Source: an uncultured Gammaproteobacteria bacterium
GTDB lineage: Bacteria > Patescibacteriota > Microgenomatia > Levybacterales > GWA1-39-11
Direction of reading: 5' to 3'
Assembly: GCA_964452165.1 (NCBI GenBank)
Contig: CAYVKP010000001.1
Coordinates: 140,110 to 204,109, forward strand
Length of the DNA stretch: 64,000 bases
The position numbers were made by a program, and so were the translations under genes. Numbering within the stretch: position 1 is the first letter of the stretch; every line of letters starts with the position of its first letter. Under the pieces are notes generated by a model, which saw only the letters and a list, made by a program, of their open reading frames with translations, did not search any database and was not told where the DNA came from. This document shows, piece by piece, positions 49,539-58,328 of this stretch.

Positions 49539-50714
49539 GTGAAAGAAATTAGAAAAATCTACTTTGTGTATTTCTTTGCGGGATTATCCACAGCCGCCGG
49601 TGCTACTTTTACACTATATTTTCTTTCTCACGGCTTGAAACAAGTAGAAATCGGACAATTGTTTGGATTTTTTATGATTTGCCTTGCAATTTTCGACATT
49701 CCAACAGGAGGAATCGCAGATATGTTTGGCCACAAAGCATCTGTTGCTGTTGGGCTCTTCCTTCAGGGTTTAAGCTTCCTCATGTTCGTTCTTTATCCTG
49801 CTTTCTTTGGGTTTTTAATAGGAATGTTTTTTGGTGCACTCGGACTTGCGTTTCAATCAGGAGCAACGTCTTCTCTTATTTATGAACTGTTACACAAAGA
49901 AGGTCTTCGAGAAGATTTCCAAAAAGTTATTGGCCGTGCAAATGGATATTTTCTAGTTGCTTCAATCATTGCTGCTCCCATCGGTACATTTATTTATAAA
50001 TTTTATCCAAATATACCTTATCTTTTTGCCTTCTTTGTTTTTATCCCAGCAGCGCTTCTCATTTATCTCATAAAATGGGAATTTATAAAAAAACCACCAA
50101 AGTTTTCAAGCTATATAAAAACTATAACTGAAGGGACACGTCTAACAATTAAGAATCGCATTTTAATGTCAACGGTTATTATAGGTCTTGCGTTAACAGT
50201 CAGTCGCTTAGTTTTTAATCAAAATATTAGTCAGCCTTATGTTGTGAGTGTAGGAGTAGACGTAGCTTATATTGGTATTATTGCTGCAGTTATTTCAGCT
50301 GTTCAAGCGGTCATTTCAATAAATGCCTATAAAATTTCAAAAAGACTTGGCAAAAGTTTTTCCCTACTTCTGATTATTGGCTTACCGAGTTTTGCTCTTA
50401 TTCTCTTGAGTTTTATAGATTCTTTAATTGCAATTCCAGTTATGATCATCTTATTCATGGGACATGCTTTCAGGGATCCGGTGATGGCACATATTACACA
50501 AGACGAATTGGAAGAGGACAAAAGAAGCACAATGGCGTCAGCCACCAGTTTTTTAATAGGTATTAGTGGTGTAGTGCTTCCGTATTGGGGCAAAAGCATC
50601 GATATATTTGGGATACATAAGACACTTTTATTTTTAGGAACTTTTTCTTTTTCCGTTGGAGTCTTAGGATTTTTAATATTTAAAACGGCACGAAAGCCAC
50701 AATTTTCTCAGTAA
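49539..50714 (+). CDS. MFS transporter
   Basis: DIPTGGIADMFGHK motif A, about 12 TMs. Confidence 0.9.
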   Translation: MKEIRKIYFVYFFAGLSTAAGATFTLYFLSHGLKQVEIGQLFGFFMICLAIFDIPTGGIADMFGHKASVAVGLFLQGLSFLMFVLYPAFFGFLIGMFFGALGLAFQSGATSSLIYELLHKEGLREDFQKVIGRANGYFLVASIIAAPIGTFIYKFYPNIPYLFAFFVFIPAALLIYLIKWEFIKKPPKFSSYIKTITEGTRLTIKNRILMSTVIIGLALTVSRLVFNQNISQPYVVSVGVDVAYIGIIAAVISAVQAVISINAYKISKRLGKSFSLLLIIGLPSFALILLSFIDSLIAIPVMIILFMGHAFRDPVMAHITQDELEEDKRSTMASATSFLIGISGVVLPYWGKSIDIFGIHKTLLFLGTFSFSVGVLGFLIFKTARKPQFSQ

Positions 50715-50715
50715 G

Positions 50716-51570
50716 TTATTGAGAGGTTTTCTGGGCGTAAGTTTTACTGATCCAACCACTTGTTCCATCTTTTAATTTAATTTCATACCAAGATTCATTT
50801 TCATCAACAAAAGGATAGCTTTCTCCGGGATTAACCTTGGCAACAATTTTTGCAACGGTTGAAGCCGTTTCCCTTACGTTAAGAAAACCCGTTGGAGTTT
50901 GTTTAATAGTAACAGTATTTTGTGCCACAACGGTTGGTGATATTGATGGAGTTGGGCTTTGCGCTGGACTTACTGTATCGCTTATATCCGATTGTGCTCC
51001 CAAAACGACATTTAATACGAGTCGGTAAGAACTAACAGCCCTAACTCTTATGGTTTTTTTGGAAAATCCCGCCTTCTCAAGTTCAACTTCATGTTCCGAC
51101 GCAGATAGGGAGTCTTGATATGGAGTTGCTCCAACGGAATTTCCATCAATTGACACAAGTGTTCCGTCAGGAACTGAGGCAATTAGGATCTGAGGAGTTG
51201 CCTTGGGTGATTTTTCAAGCGTCAAAGTGTAAGAGCTGGCAAGGCTCCCTGGTAGAAAAGTTCTTTCAACGGCTGTTAAGACTCCCGGATTTATATCAAT
51301 TTTTGCTGAAAAAGGATCCATTGTCTTATCATCGGGTACGATTTTAATATCGTGTTTACCTGCAGTAACAGTCTGATTTTGTTCGCAGAGACATAATGGG
51401 GTTGCTCCAACAGACTTATTGTCCAATAAAACAGTGGCTTTAATATTGGTAGTTATTTGGAGAGCTCCCTTTCCTACCGGTGAAAGACTTGCCGAAGCCA
51501 ATTTTATTAAAATGAGGATTCCTATTAGTATCAGTACAACTGCGCCAACAAGAATAACTCTCCTTTTCAT
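50716..51570 (-). CDS. Membrane-anchored PEGA x2 + SH3b domain protein
   Basis: VGATP repeats, SVPDGTLVSIDG, LNVRE..WYEI..GWIS. Confidence 0.88.
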   Translation of the reverse strand: MKRRVILVGAVVLILIGILILIKLASASLSPVGKGALQITTNIKATVLLDNKSVGATPLCLCEQNQTVTAGKHDIKIVPDDKTMDPFSAKIDINPGVLTAVERTFLPGSLASSYTLTLEKSPKATPQILIASVPDGTLVSIDGNSVGATPYQDSLSASEHEVELEKAGFSKKTIRVRAVSSYRLVLNVVLGAQSDISDTVSPAQSPTPSISPTVVAQNTVTIKQTPTGFLNVRETASTVAKIVAKVNPGESYPFVDENESWYEIKLKDGTSGWISKTYAQKTSQ

Positions 51571-51603
51571 AGATTCTAATAATACCAGAAGAGCCGTTTA
51601 TTG

Positions 51604-53022
51604 TTAATCCCTAGCAAGTCGTGGGAAGAGAGCTTCGCCTGATTTAATTTTTCCTGAAAATTGCTTCAAAATCTTATCGGAAGTTTCAGGTAAAAAAGGT
51701 TTCAGGTTTGAAGCGATGACATATACGGCATGAGCAAGATCAGAGATTGATTTACGTGCTTGCTCACCTTCAAGTTTCCAAGGTTCGATTCGATTAATCT
51801 CCTGATCTACGGTTGCTATAAGTCCCCAAATAAATCCGAGAGCTTCATTAAAACTAAATTCTTCAAGTAAAGTCTTTACGTGAGGTTCCAAATCAGCCTG
51901 TTTTTTAGGAATCTCAACATCATTTTTTTCTGCAAGCTTGGCAACGCGTGAAACGAGATTTCCTAAACCATTGGAGAAATCAGAATTATAAATTTCCTTA
52001 AGTCTTCGTTCTGAAAAGTCACCATCACCGGTTGCTGGTATTTCTCGCAAGAAATAATAACGCAGGACGTCCGCTCCATATTTTTCTATCAACTCATTTG
52101 GATCAACGACATTTCCAAGACTTTTTGACATCTTCTGTCCGTCGACGGTGAAATAGCCATGCACGAATAATGATTTTGGAAGCTTGAGCCCGGCAGAAAG
52201 CAAGAAAGCAGGCCAGTAAATTGCGTGAAATTTTATAATTCCTTTCCCGATTACATGAATATCTGCAGGCCACCACTTATTATACTTTTGCTCGTTGAGC
52301 GTAAAACCTACCCCGCTTTGATATATGTTTAGAGCGTCGAACCAAACATACATACGCTGATTATTGTCGCCCGGGACCGGAACGCCCCAATCTTTTGCAC
52401 GCGCGTTGGATCTTGAGATGCTAATATCGCGAAGACCTTGTTTTAGGAATCCTAAGACCTCATTTTTCCTAAAATTCGGAATTATTTTAAGCTCATCTCT
52501 TTCAATAATTCTACGAATGTCCTCTTCATATTTAGACAATTTAAAGAAATAGTTTTCCTCTTTTACTTCCTCAAGTTTTTTGCCTGGGTGTTCAAAGCAC
52601 TCGCCTTTTTCATTTAGTTCCTCCGGTTCATAAAAAGATTCACAGCCAACACAATAAAGACCTGAATACTCCTTCTTATAAATATCTTTAGAACATAACT
52701 CCCAGAGCTTTTTTGAAGATTCAAAATGTTCCGGATTGCTTCCTCTTTGAAAAACGTCAAACTTGATGTTCAAATTTTTGGCAAGACTCTCAAAGAGATT
52801 GCTATTTTTATCTACAAATTCCTGAACTGGAATTCCTGCCTTTTCTGCCGCCTGAACATTTTTTAGTGCGTTCTCGTCTCCTCCTGAAAGAAGCAAGGTC
52901 TCATCCCCCAAAATATCATGGTAGCGCCTTATCACATCAGCCTGCACAAATTCAAGAGCATGACCTACGTGAGGCGGCGCATTAACATAAGGAATAGCAG
53001 TGGTTAAATAAAACTTATTCAT
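51604..53022 (-). CDS. metG: Methionine--tRNA ligase (short form)
   Basis: YLTTAIPYVN..HVGH, YVWFDAL, KMSKS; ATG 53022 with GGAGG 8 nt upstream. Confidence 0.97.
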   Translation of the reverse strand: MNKFYLTTAIPYVNAPPHVGHALEFVQADVIRRYHDILGDETLLLSGGDENALKNVQAAEKAGIPVQEFVDKNSNLFESLAKNLNIKFDVFQRGSNPEHFESSKKLWELCSKDIYKKEYSGLYCVGCESFYEPEELNEKGECFEHPGKKLEEVKEENYFFKLSKYEEDIRRIIERDELKIIPNFRKNEVLGFLKQGLRDISISRSNARAKDWGVPVPGDNNQRMYVWFDALNIYQSGVGFTLNEQKYNKWWPADIHVIGKGIIKFHAIYWPAFLLSAGLKLPKSLFVHGYFTVDGQKMSKSLGNVVDPNELIEKYGADVLRYYFLREIPATGDGDFSERRLKEIYNSDFSNGLGNLVSRVAKLAEKNDVEIPKKQADLEPHVKTLLEEFSFNEALGFIWGLIATVDQEINRIEPWKLEGEQARKSISDLAHAVYVIASNLKPFLPETSDKILKQFSGKIKSGEALFPRLARD

Positions 53023-53100
53023 GGTTAGATCCTCCAATTCTTGCCGTTCGACTTCGGGAACTATTCGTTCACGTCTCCCGGAGCGAATTTAGGCGGACTA
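53023..53100 (-). promoter_or_regulatory. Structured 5' leader of metG (candidate cis-regulatory RNA)
   Basis: TG-T-TAAAAT promoter at 53105-53113, nested stems, anti-SD TCCGCC complementary to GGAGGA. Confidence 0.5.
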
Positions 53101-53135
53101 AGCAATTTTAACAGAGGTCGGCTTACCAAACAAGG

Positions 53136-53474
53136 CTAGGTGGTTCGTCTGCTATACATAAATTCGATTAGCAAAATTATTACCAAAAAAATTCCTGCTT
53201 GGAAAATACTGCGTAAACCAAAAGACCTTAGGGTTAATAGCCCTGTCAGAAACGTGGAAGCAAGCAACCCCCTTCTTTTATTTGCAAACAAAAAAGTGAA
53301 TAAAAAAAAGAATAAAAGGAATAATAAAATGAAAAAAGGAAAAGTAGAAGGAATACTTACACCCGGGAGTTGAATTTGTCCGCCCGGATTAACTAAAAAA
53401 ACGTAAAGAAAAAGGGGGAATAGGGTTGCCGCAAAAAAATATAAAAACGGTAAAAATTTTCTCTGCGCTCGCAT
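53136..53474 (-). CDS. Small four-TM membrane protein
   Basis: Highly hydrophobic 112-aa ORF filling the gap. Confidence 0.7.
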   Translation of the reverse strand: MRAQRKFLPFLYFFAATLFPLFLYVFLVNPGGQIQLPGVSIPSTFPFFILLFLLFFFLFTFLFANKRRGLLASTFLTGLLTLRSFGLRSIFQAGIFLVIILLIEFMYSRRTT

Positions 53475-53509
53475 CCATATAGATTATCATAAAAATCCTC
53501 ACTAAACTC

Positions 53510-53546
53510 TTGACATAATTTAGCAGTCGTGATATATTATTGCTAA
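53510..53546 (+). promoter_or_regulatory. hrcA promoter with CIRCE operator
   Basis: TTGACA(53510)-17 nt-TATATT(53533); TTAGCAGTC-N9-TATTGCTAA at 53520-53546. Confidence 0.9.
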
Positions 53547-53568
53547 TCAAAAAAATTAAGAATTTACT

Positions 53569-54294
53569 ATGTACGATTTAACAACCCGACAAATTGATAT
53601 TTTAAAAAATATTGTTCACGAATACATAGATACTGCAGAAGCTGTGGGTTCGGAGACCTTGGAAAAGAAATATGATCTTGGTGTATCTCCCGCAACGATT
53701 AGGAATGAAATGGCCGAGATGGTAAAGCTTGGATATTTATCAAAACCTCATTCTTCGGCAGGCAGGATTCCTACAAGTAAGGCAATAAAATTCTATATTA
53801 ATGAGCTCATGAAAGAAAAAGAGCTCTCAGTTGCTGAAGAGGTTGAGGCAAAAGAAAAGATCTGGGATCTTCGCGAGACAAGGGATCGCTTTTTGCGAGA
53901 AGCCACAAAAAATTTGGCCGCCAAAACCCGAACTCTTGCTGTTACTTTTACAGATGAAGGGGATGTATATTACTCAGGTTACTCAAATATTTTAGAGATG
54001 CCTGAATTTTACGATATAGATATTACAAAAAATCTGTTAAATATTCTTGACAACACAGCCTATCTGGATAGAATAATGAGTAGGCTTGAACAGGAGTGTT
54101 CAGTGTTTCTTGAAGATGATTTCAACGATGAGGAAGCCTTCAGGCCTTACGGTTTTGTCTTCTCAAGATTTCAAACTCGTGGTAAGCATGCCGGATCAAT
54201 CGGAGTAATTGGCCCTACAAGAATGCAATACGAGCTTGTTATTCCAATAGTCCGCTATTTCGGAAGTTTGCTTGGTGAAGTTGCAGATTGGTAA
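53569..54294 (+). CDS. hrcA: Heat-inducible transcription repressor HrcA (short form)
   Basis: VGSETL, SPATIRNEM, PHSSAGRIPT, GVIGPTRMQY. Confidence 0.96.
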   Translation: MYDLTTRQIDILKNIVHEYIDTAEAVGSETLEKKYDLGVSPATIRNEMAEMVKLGYLSKPHSSAGRIPTSKAIKFYINELMKEKELSVAEEVEAKEKIWDLRETRDRFLREATKNLAAKTRTLAVTFTDEGDVYYSGYSNILEMPEFYDIDITKNLLNILDNTAYLDRIMSRLEQECSVFLEDDFNDEEAFRPYGFVFSRFQTRGKHAGSIGVIGPTRMQYELVIPIVRYFGSLLGEVADW

Positions 54295-54296
54295 AA

Positions 54297-54803
54297 ATGA
54301 ATGATAATGACGACAAAGTCCAGGAAGAACAAGTAGATCAAGATTTGAAAAAATCTGATTTAAAAAAATCGAAAAAGAAGAACGAAGAAGTAGAGAAGTT
54401 AAAAGAAAAAGTTACGGACCTTGAAAATCAATTAGCTAGAGCAGTTGCAGACTATAGAAATCTTGAAAAGAGGTTTGATGAAGAGAAACGTGAATACGTA
54501 AAGTTTGCAAACCGGGAATTACTGAGTAGACTTATTCCTGCATTCGACACTTTATTTTTAGCAGAAAAGTTTATAGTGGATGAGGGAATAAAGCTAACGG
54601 TAAGGCACTTGCACGACGTCTTGAGAGATGTCGGAGTTGAAAGGGTGAAGACGGACGGGGAGATGTTTGATCCGGAGAAAATGGAAGTTGTTACAACTGA
54701 AACCGGCGAAGAAGGAAAGGTTTTGGAAGAATTAAGACCCGGATATATCCTGAATGGAAAATTAGTCCGTCCGGCACAAGTAAAGGTAGGCAAAAAAGTC
54801 TAA
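54297..54803 (+). CDS. grpE: Nucleotide exchange factor GrpE
   Basis: RAVADYRNLEKR, FDPEKME, GYILNGKLVRPAQVKV. Confidence 0.97.
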   Translation: MNDNDDKVQEEQVDQDLKKSDLKKSKKKNEEVEKLKEKVTDLENQLARAVADYRNLEKRFDEEKREYVKFANRELLSRLIPAFDTLFLAEKFIVDEGIKLTVRHLHDVLRDVGVERVKTDGEMFDPEKMEVVTTETGEEGKVLEELRPGYILNGKLVRPAQVKVGKKV

Positions 54804-54838
54804 TTGAAAAAAATAATTTTTAGTTTAATATAAACAAT

Positions 54839-56752
54839 ATGGCAAAAATAATTGGAATAGATTTAGGAACAACAAATTCATGCGTTGCGGTAATGGAGGG
54901 AGGATCTCCCAAGGTTATCTTCTCAGCAGAAGGCCGCAACGTAACGCCATCGGTTGTGGATCCCGTAGAGCGTGTTGTGGGTGATGTGGCAAAGCGCCAA
55001 ATGGTTCTTAAGCCAAAGAGAATAATTTATTCTATCAAGCGATTGATGGGGCGCCGTGCAAATGATCCCGAGGTTGACCGCGACAAAAAACTTCTTCCAT
55101 ATGTAATCAAATCCGGAAAAGAAGGTGCCGCGGTAGTTGAGGTTGAAGGGAAGGTTTACACACCTCAAGAAGTCTCCGCTATGATTTTGCAAAAATTGAA
55201 GAGCGATGCTGAAAGTTATCTTGGTGACAAAGTTAATCAAGCAGTTATTACCGTTCCTGCTTATTTTGATGACGCACAACGCCAGGCAACCAAACAAGCA
55301 GGAGAAATAGCCGGACTTGAAGTCTTACGTATTATTAATGAACCGACAGCAGCAGCACTTGCTTACGGACTCGATAAAAAACACGCCCATACAATAGCAG
55401 TTTATGATCTTGGTGGAGGTACATTTGATATCTCAATTCTCGAACTCGGAGAAGGAGTTTACGAAGTCAAGGCAACCAACGGTGATACTCATCTTGGAGG
55501 AGATGACTTTGATCAGGTCATAATAAATCACATTGCAGACGAATTTAAAAAGGAACACGGAGTAGATTTGCGCTCCGACTCACAAGCACTTCAAAGACTT
55601 AAGGAAGCAGCTGAAAAAGCCAAGATAGAATTGTCGAGTTCAACTGAGGCAGAGATTAATCAGCCGTTCATAACTCAAGGATCCTCAGGGCCTCTCCACT
55701 TAACTATGAAATTGACCCGTGCCAAACTAGAGAGCCTAGTTGATGGACTTGTCCAAAAAACTTTGGACCCGGTAAAAGCAGCCTTGAAAGATTCAGGAAT
55801 GGATAAAAGCAAGGTTGATGAGGTTATTCTTGTTGGTGGAATGACGAGGATGCCAAAGATCGTCGAGACCGTTACGCAGTTTTTCGGCAAAGAACCTAAT
55901 AAATCCGTTAACCCCGACGAGGTTGTTGCTGTTGGAGCTGCGGTCCAGGCAGGAGTATTGGGCGGCGAGGTTAAGGATGTCTTGCTTCTTGACGTTACAC
56001 CTCTAACCCTTGGTCTCGAGACTCTCGGAGGAGTTGCTACTCCTCTTATTGAGCGAAACACTACGGTTCCCACAAAGAAATCTCAAGTATTTTCGACTGC
56101 CGCTGACAATCAGACTCAAGTTGAAATAAATGTTGTTCAAGGAGAGCGTCCTATGGCTATGGATAATAAATCTCTAGGCCGTTTTATCCTTGATGGAATT
56201 CCACCGGCACCCCGTGGTGTTCCACAAGTTGAGGTCACTTTTGATATTGACGCATCTGGACTTTTGTCAGTCACCGCAAAAGATAAAGCTACAGGAAAAG
56301 AACAATCAATTAAAATAACAGGTTCAACTGGACTTTCGAAAGAAGAAGTTGAAGAGATGACAAAGCAAGCTGAAATGCACGCTGAAGAAGATGCAAAGAA
56401 AAAAGAGGTAGTAGATGTTAAAAATTCGGCCGATGCTCTCATCTTTACGGCCGAAAAATCACTTAAAGATATGGGTGACAAAGTAAAAGAAGAGGACAAG
56501 AAGGAAGTCGAAGAAAAGATTAAAGCACTGAAAGACGTTAAGGATAAAGATGACAAAGATGAAATTGAAAACAAAACAAAAGAACTATCAGAAGCTCTTC
56601 AAAAGGTAGGCGAACAAATGTATAAGGCGGGTTCGGAAGCTTCTGAGAGCACACCCGCTTCAGATAAATCGGAAAACGCAGAAAAGACAGAAGAAACCGG
56701 CAAGTCTAAGGAAGACAAGAAAGAAGCAGAAGAAGGCGAAGTAGTTAACTAA
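54839..56752 (+). CDS. dnaK: Chaperone DnaK
   Basis: [30 protein letters not shown]. Confidence 0.99.
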   Translation: MAKIIGIDLGTTNSCVAVMEGGSPKVIFSAEGRNVTPSVVDPVERVVGDVAKRQMVLKPKRIIYSIKRLMGRRANDPEVDRDKKLLPYVIKSGKEGAAVVEVEGKVYTPQEVSAMILQKLKSDAESYLGDKVNQAVITVPAYFDDAQRQATKQAGEIAGLEVLRIINEPTAAALAYGLDKKHAHTIAVYDLGGGTFDISILELGEGVYEVKATNGDTHLGGDDFDQVIINHIADEFKKEHGVDLRSDSQALQRLKEAAEKAKIELSSSTEAEINQPFITQGSSGPLHLTMKLTRAKLESLVDGLVQKTLDPVKAALKDSGMDKSKVDEVILVGGMTRMPKIVETVTQFFGKEPNKSVNPDEVVAVGAAVQAGVLGGEVKDVLLLDVTPLTLGLETLGGVATPLIERNTTVPTKKSQVFSTAADNQTQVEINVVQGERPMAMDNKSLGRFILDGIPPAPRGVPQVEVTFDIDASGLLSVTAKDKATGKEQSIKITGSTGLSKEEVEEMTKQAEMHAEEDAKKKEVVDVKNSADALIFTAEKSLKDMGDKVKEEDKKEVEEKIKALKDVKDKDDKDEIENKTKELSEALQKVGEQMYKAGSEASESTPASDKSENAEKTEETGKSKEDKKEAEEGEVVN

Positions 56753-56833
56753 TTTCAGCCCCTCCTAAATCCAAAAATTTTTTAAACCCAGCCTTTGCTA
56801 ACTATAGGATTTATTTGATATAATATCAAGCCT

Positions 56834-57862
56834 ATGGTAACAGAAACTCCTCGAGTAGAGGCGGAAAAAGATTTCATGCGCTGGAAGCATGCAGTGGGTT
56901 TGCCGCAGGAATTTCCCAAAATGCACGCCCTTGATACACGCGACTTCACAGATTTGGAAAGAGGTCGATTTTACTACGATCCATTTGGGCTTGATGGTTT
57001 TCAAGCCTTGACTCTAGATGAACGACATCCAAAAATAGCACTCTTGATACCAAGAGGCCAAGGTGCAACGACAACGCGGGATTATATGCTTGCCCAAAAA
57101 AACAGAAGAGTATTTTCTATCGGCTTATCAGTTGATGACGTTGCAACAGGCGATGCTACATTTACAGAGACACTTGCAGAACGAGTTAGGCTGTCATTAG
57201 CAACTCAAGCGTTTGTGGATATAGGTCAGATTACTGATGCTTATCAGACAACGTTGGGGCGCGCTAATAGGAGGCATTATCAAAAAGCCAGAGATCGATT
57301 GCAGCTTAGATATGATTGGTCTTCTGAGGCAAGAAAAGACGTTCCTACAACCCCGCTTACACTGGAAGAATTAGTCGGTATCACCAAAGAATTTTACGGT
57401 AAGGACGGCCGCGACAGAAGCGTTTTATTGCATATTGATCTTTCTTCCCCGCTCGCTTATGAAGAAAACCCCCAGGCATACAAAGATGCGTTAAGTCGTA
57501 CTACAGCTACACTTGCTCAGCTACATGATATTGCAAAAGATGAGGGTTTTATACGCGAAGCATATTATGGGAGTTCAACTGCTTTAGATTTAATTGAAGA
57601 CGCAGACCATAAGCTTATTGTTCCTCAAATAAATTACCATCCAATTAATCCTTTAACCATGCAAATGATTCTGGAAAAACAATATCCCGGAAAACTAGAT
57701 GACCGTGGGGTTATTAGACGAGTGCCTTTGTGGTTGGCTATAGATCAAGGATTGCTTACCCAGCATATCAGTCCGAATAAGGGGATAAACGAAACGATGC
57801 GGCTTTTTGAAGAGACTTTAATTGAAAAATGCGTAGGCGTTGTGGCTCCTCGTTGGAAATAG
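56834..57862 (+). CDS. Hypothetical protein, possible inactivated P-loop/STAND-like NTPase
   Basis: IALLIPRGQGATT resembles Walker A lacking Lys; VLLHID Walker-B-like; own TG-A-TATAAT promoter. Confidence 0.6.
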   Translation: MVTETPRVEAEKDFMRWKHAVGLPQEFPKMHALDTRDFTDLERGRFYYDPFGLDGFQALTLDERHPKIALLIPRGQGATTTRDYMLAQKNRRVFSIGLSVDDVATGDATFTETLAERVRLSLATQAFVDIGQITDAYQTTLGRANRRHYQKARDRLQLRYDWSSEARKDVPTTPLTLEELVGITKEFYGKDGRDRSVLLHIDLSSPLAYEENPQAYKDALSRTTATLAQLHDIAKDEGFIREAYYGSSTALDLIEDADHKLIVPQINYHPINPLTMQMILEKQYPGKLDDRGVIRRVPLWLAIDQGLLTQHISPNKGINETMRLFEETLIEKCVGVVAPRWK

Positions 57863-57922
57863 CAAGCTGTTTGTTTCTTCCGTCCCCTTGTTTGACACTA
57901 ATCAATTTGGTACGATAATTGT

Positions 57923-58327
57923 ATGCCGTTACGCACGGCAACTTTTATGATGAAGAAACTGCCCGGTTTTATTTCAGCGATTTTTGTATCAGCGATTATT
58001 CTTCTTTCTTTTCCATCAGTTTCATTCGCACAAACCGCTCCTCCTTGTGACGGACAGGTCACGGACTTTGGCTGTTTACCTGCAGATCCTCTAAAATTCG
58101 TTGAGCAGATTTATACCTGGGGATTAATGTTAATTGGTTCGGTTGCCGTACTGTTTCTTATAATAGGCGGGTATTATATTATGACTTCACGTGGAAATAC
58201 TCAGCAGCTTGAGCGTGGAAAATCTTTCATTTTTTATTCTTTGGCCGGAGTTTTCCTGGGTGTTCTGGGTTTTGTTTTTATAGAAATAGTTACAGGTCAA
58301 ATTCTTAAGATTCCAGGTTTTTCTTAA
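57923..58327 (+). CDS. VirB2/TrbC-like pilin (CPR T4SS-type)
   Basis: Signal peptide ending SFAQ, T.FGC motif, two TMs joined by GGYYIMTSRGN...GK. Confidence 0.88.
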   Translation: MPLRTATFMMKKLPGFISAIFVSAIILLSFPSVSFAQTAPPCDGQVTDFGCLPADPLKFVEQIYTWGLMLIGSVAVLFLIIGGYYIMTSRGNTQQLERGKSFIFYSLAGVFLGVLGFVFIEIVTGQILKIPGFS

Positions 58328-58328
58328 C

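Noticed and set aside
53031-53062. SAM-III (SMK) riboswitch match from GTTCCCGAA...GGAGG
   Set aside because: Only the first 9 nt resemble it and the remaining conserved core is missing; kept as an unassigned leader
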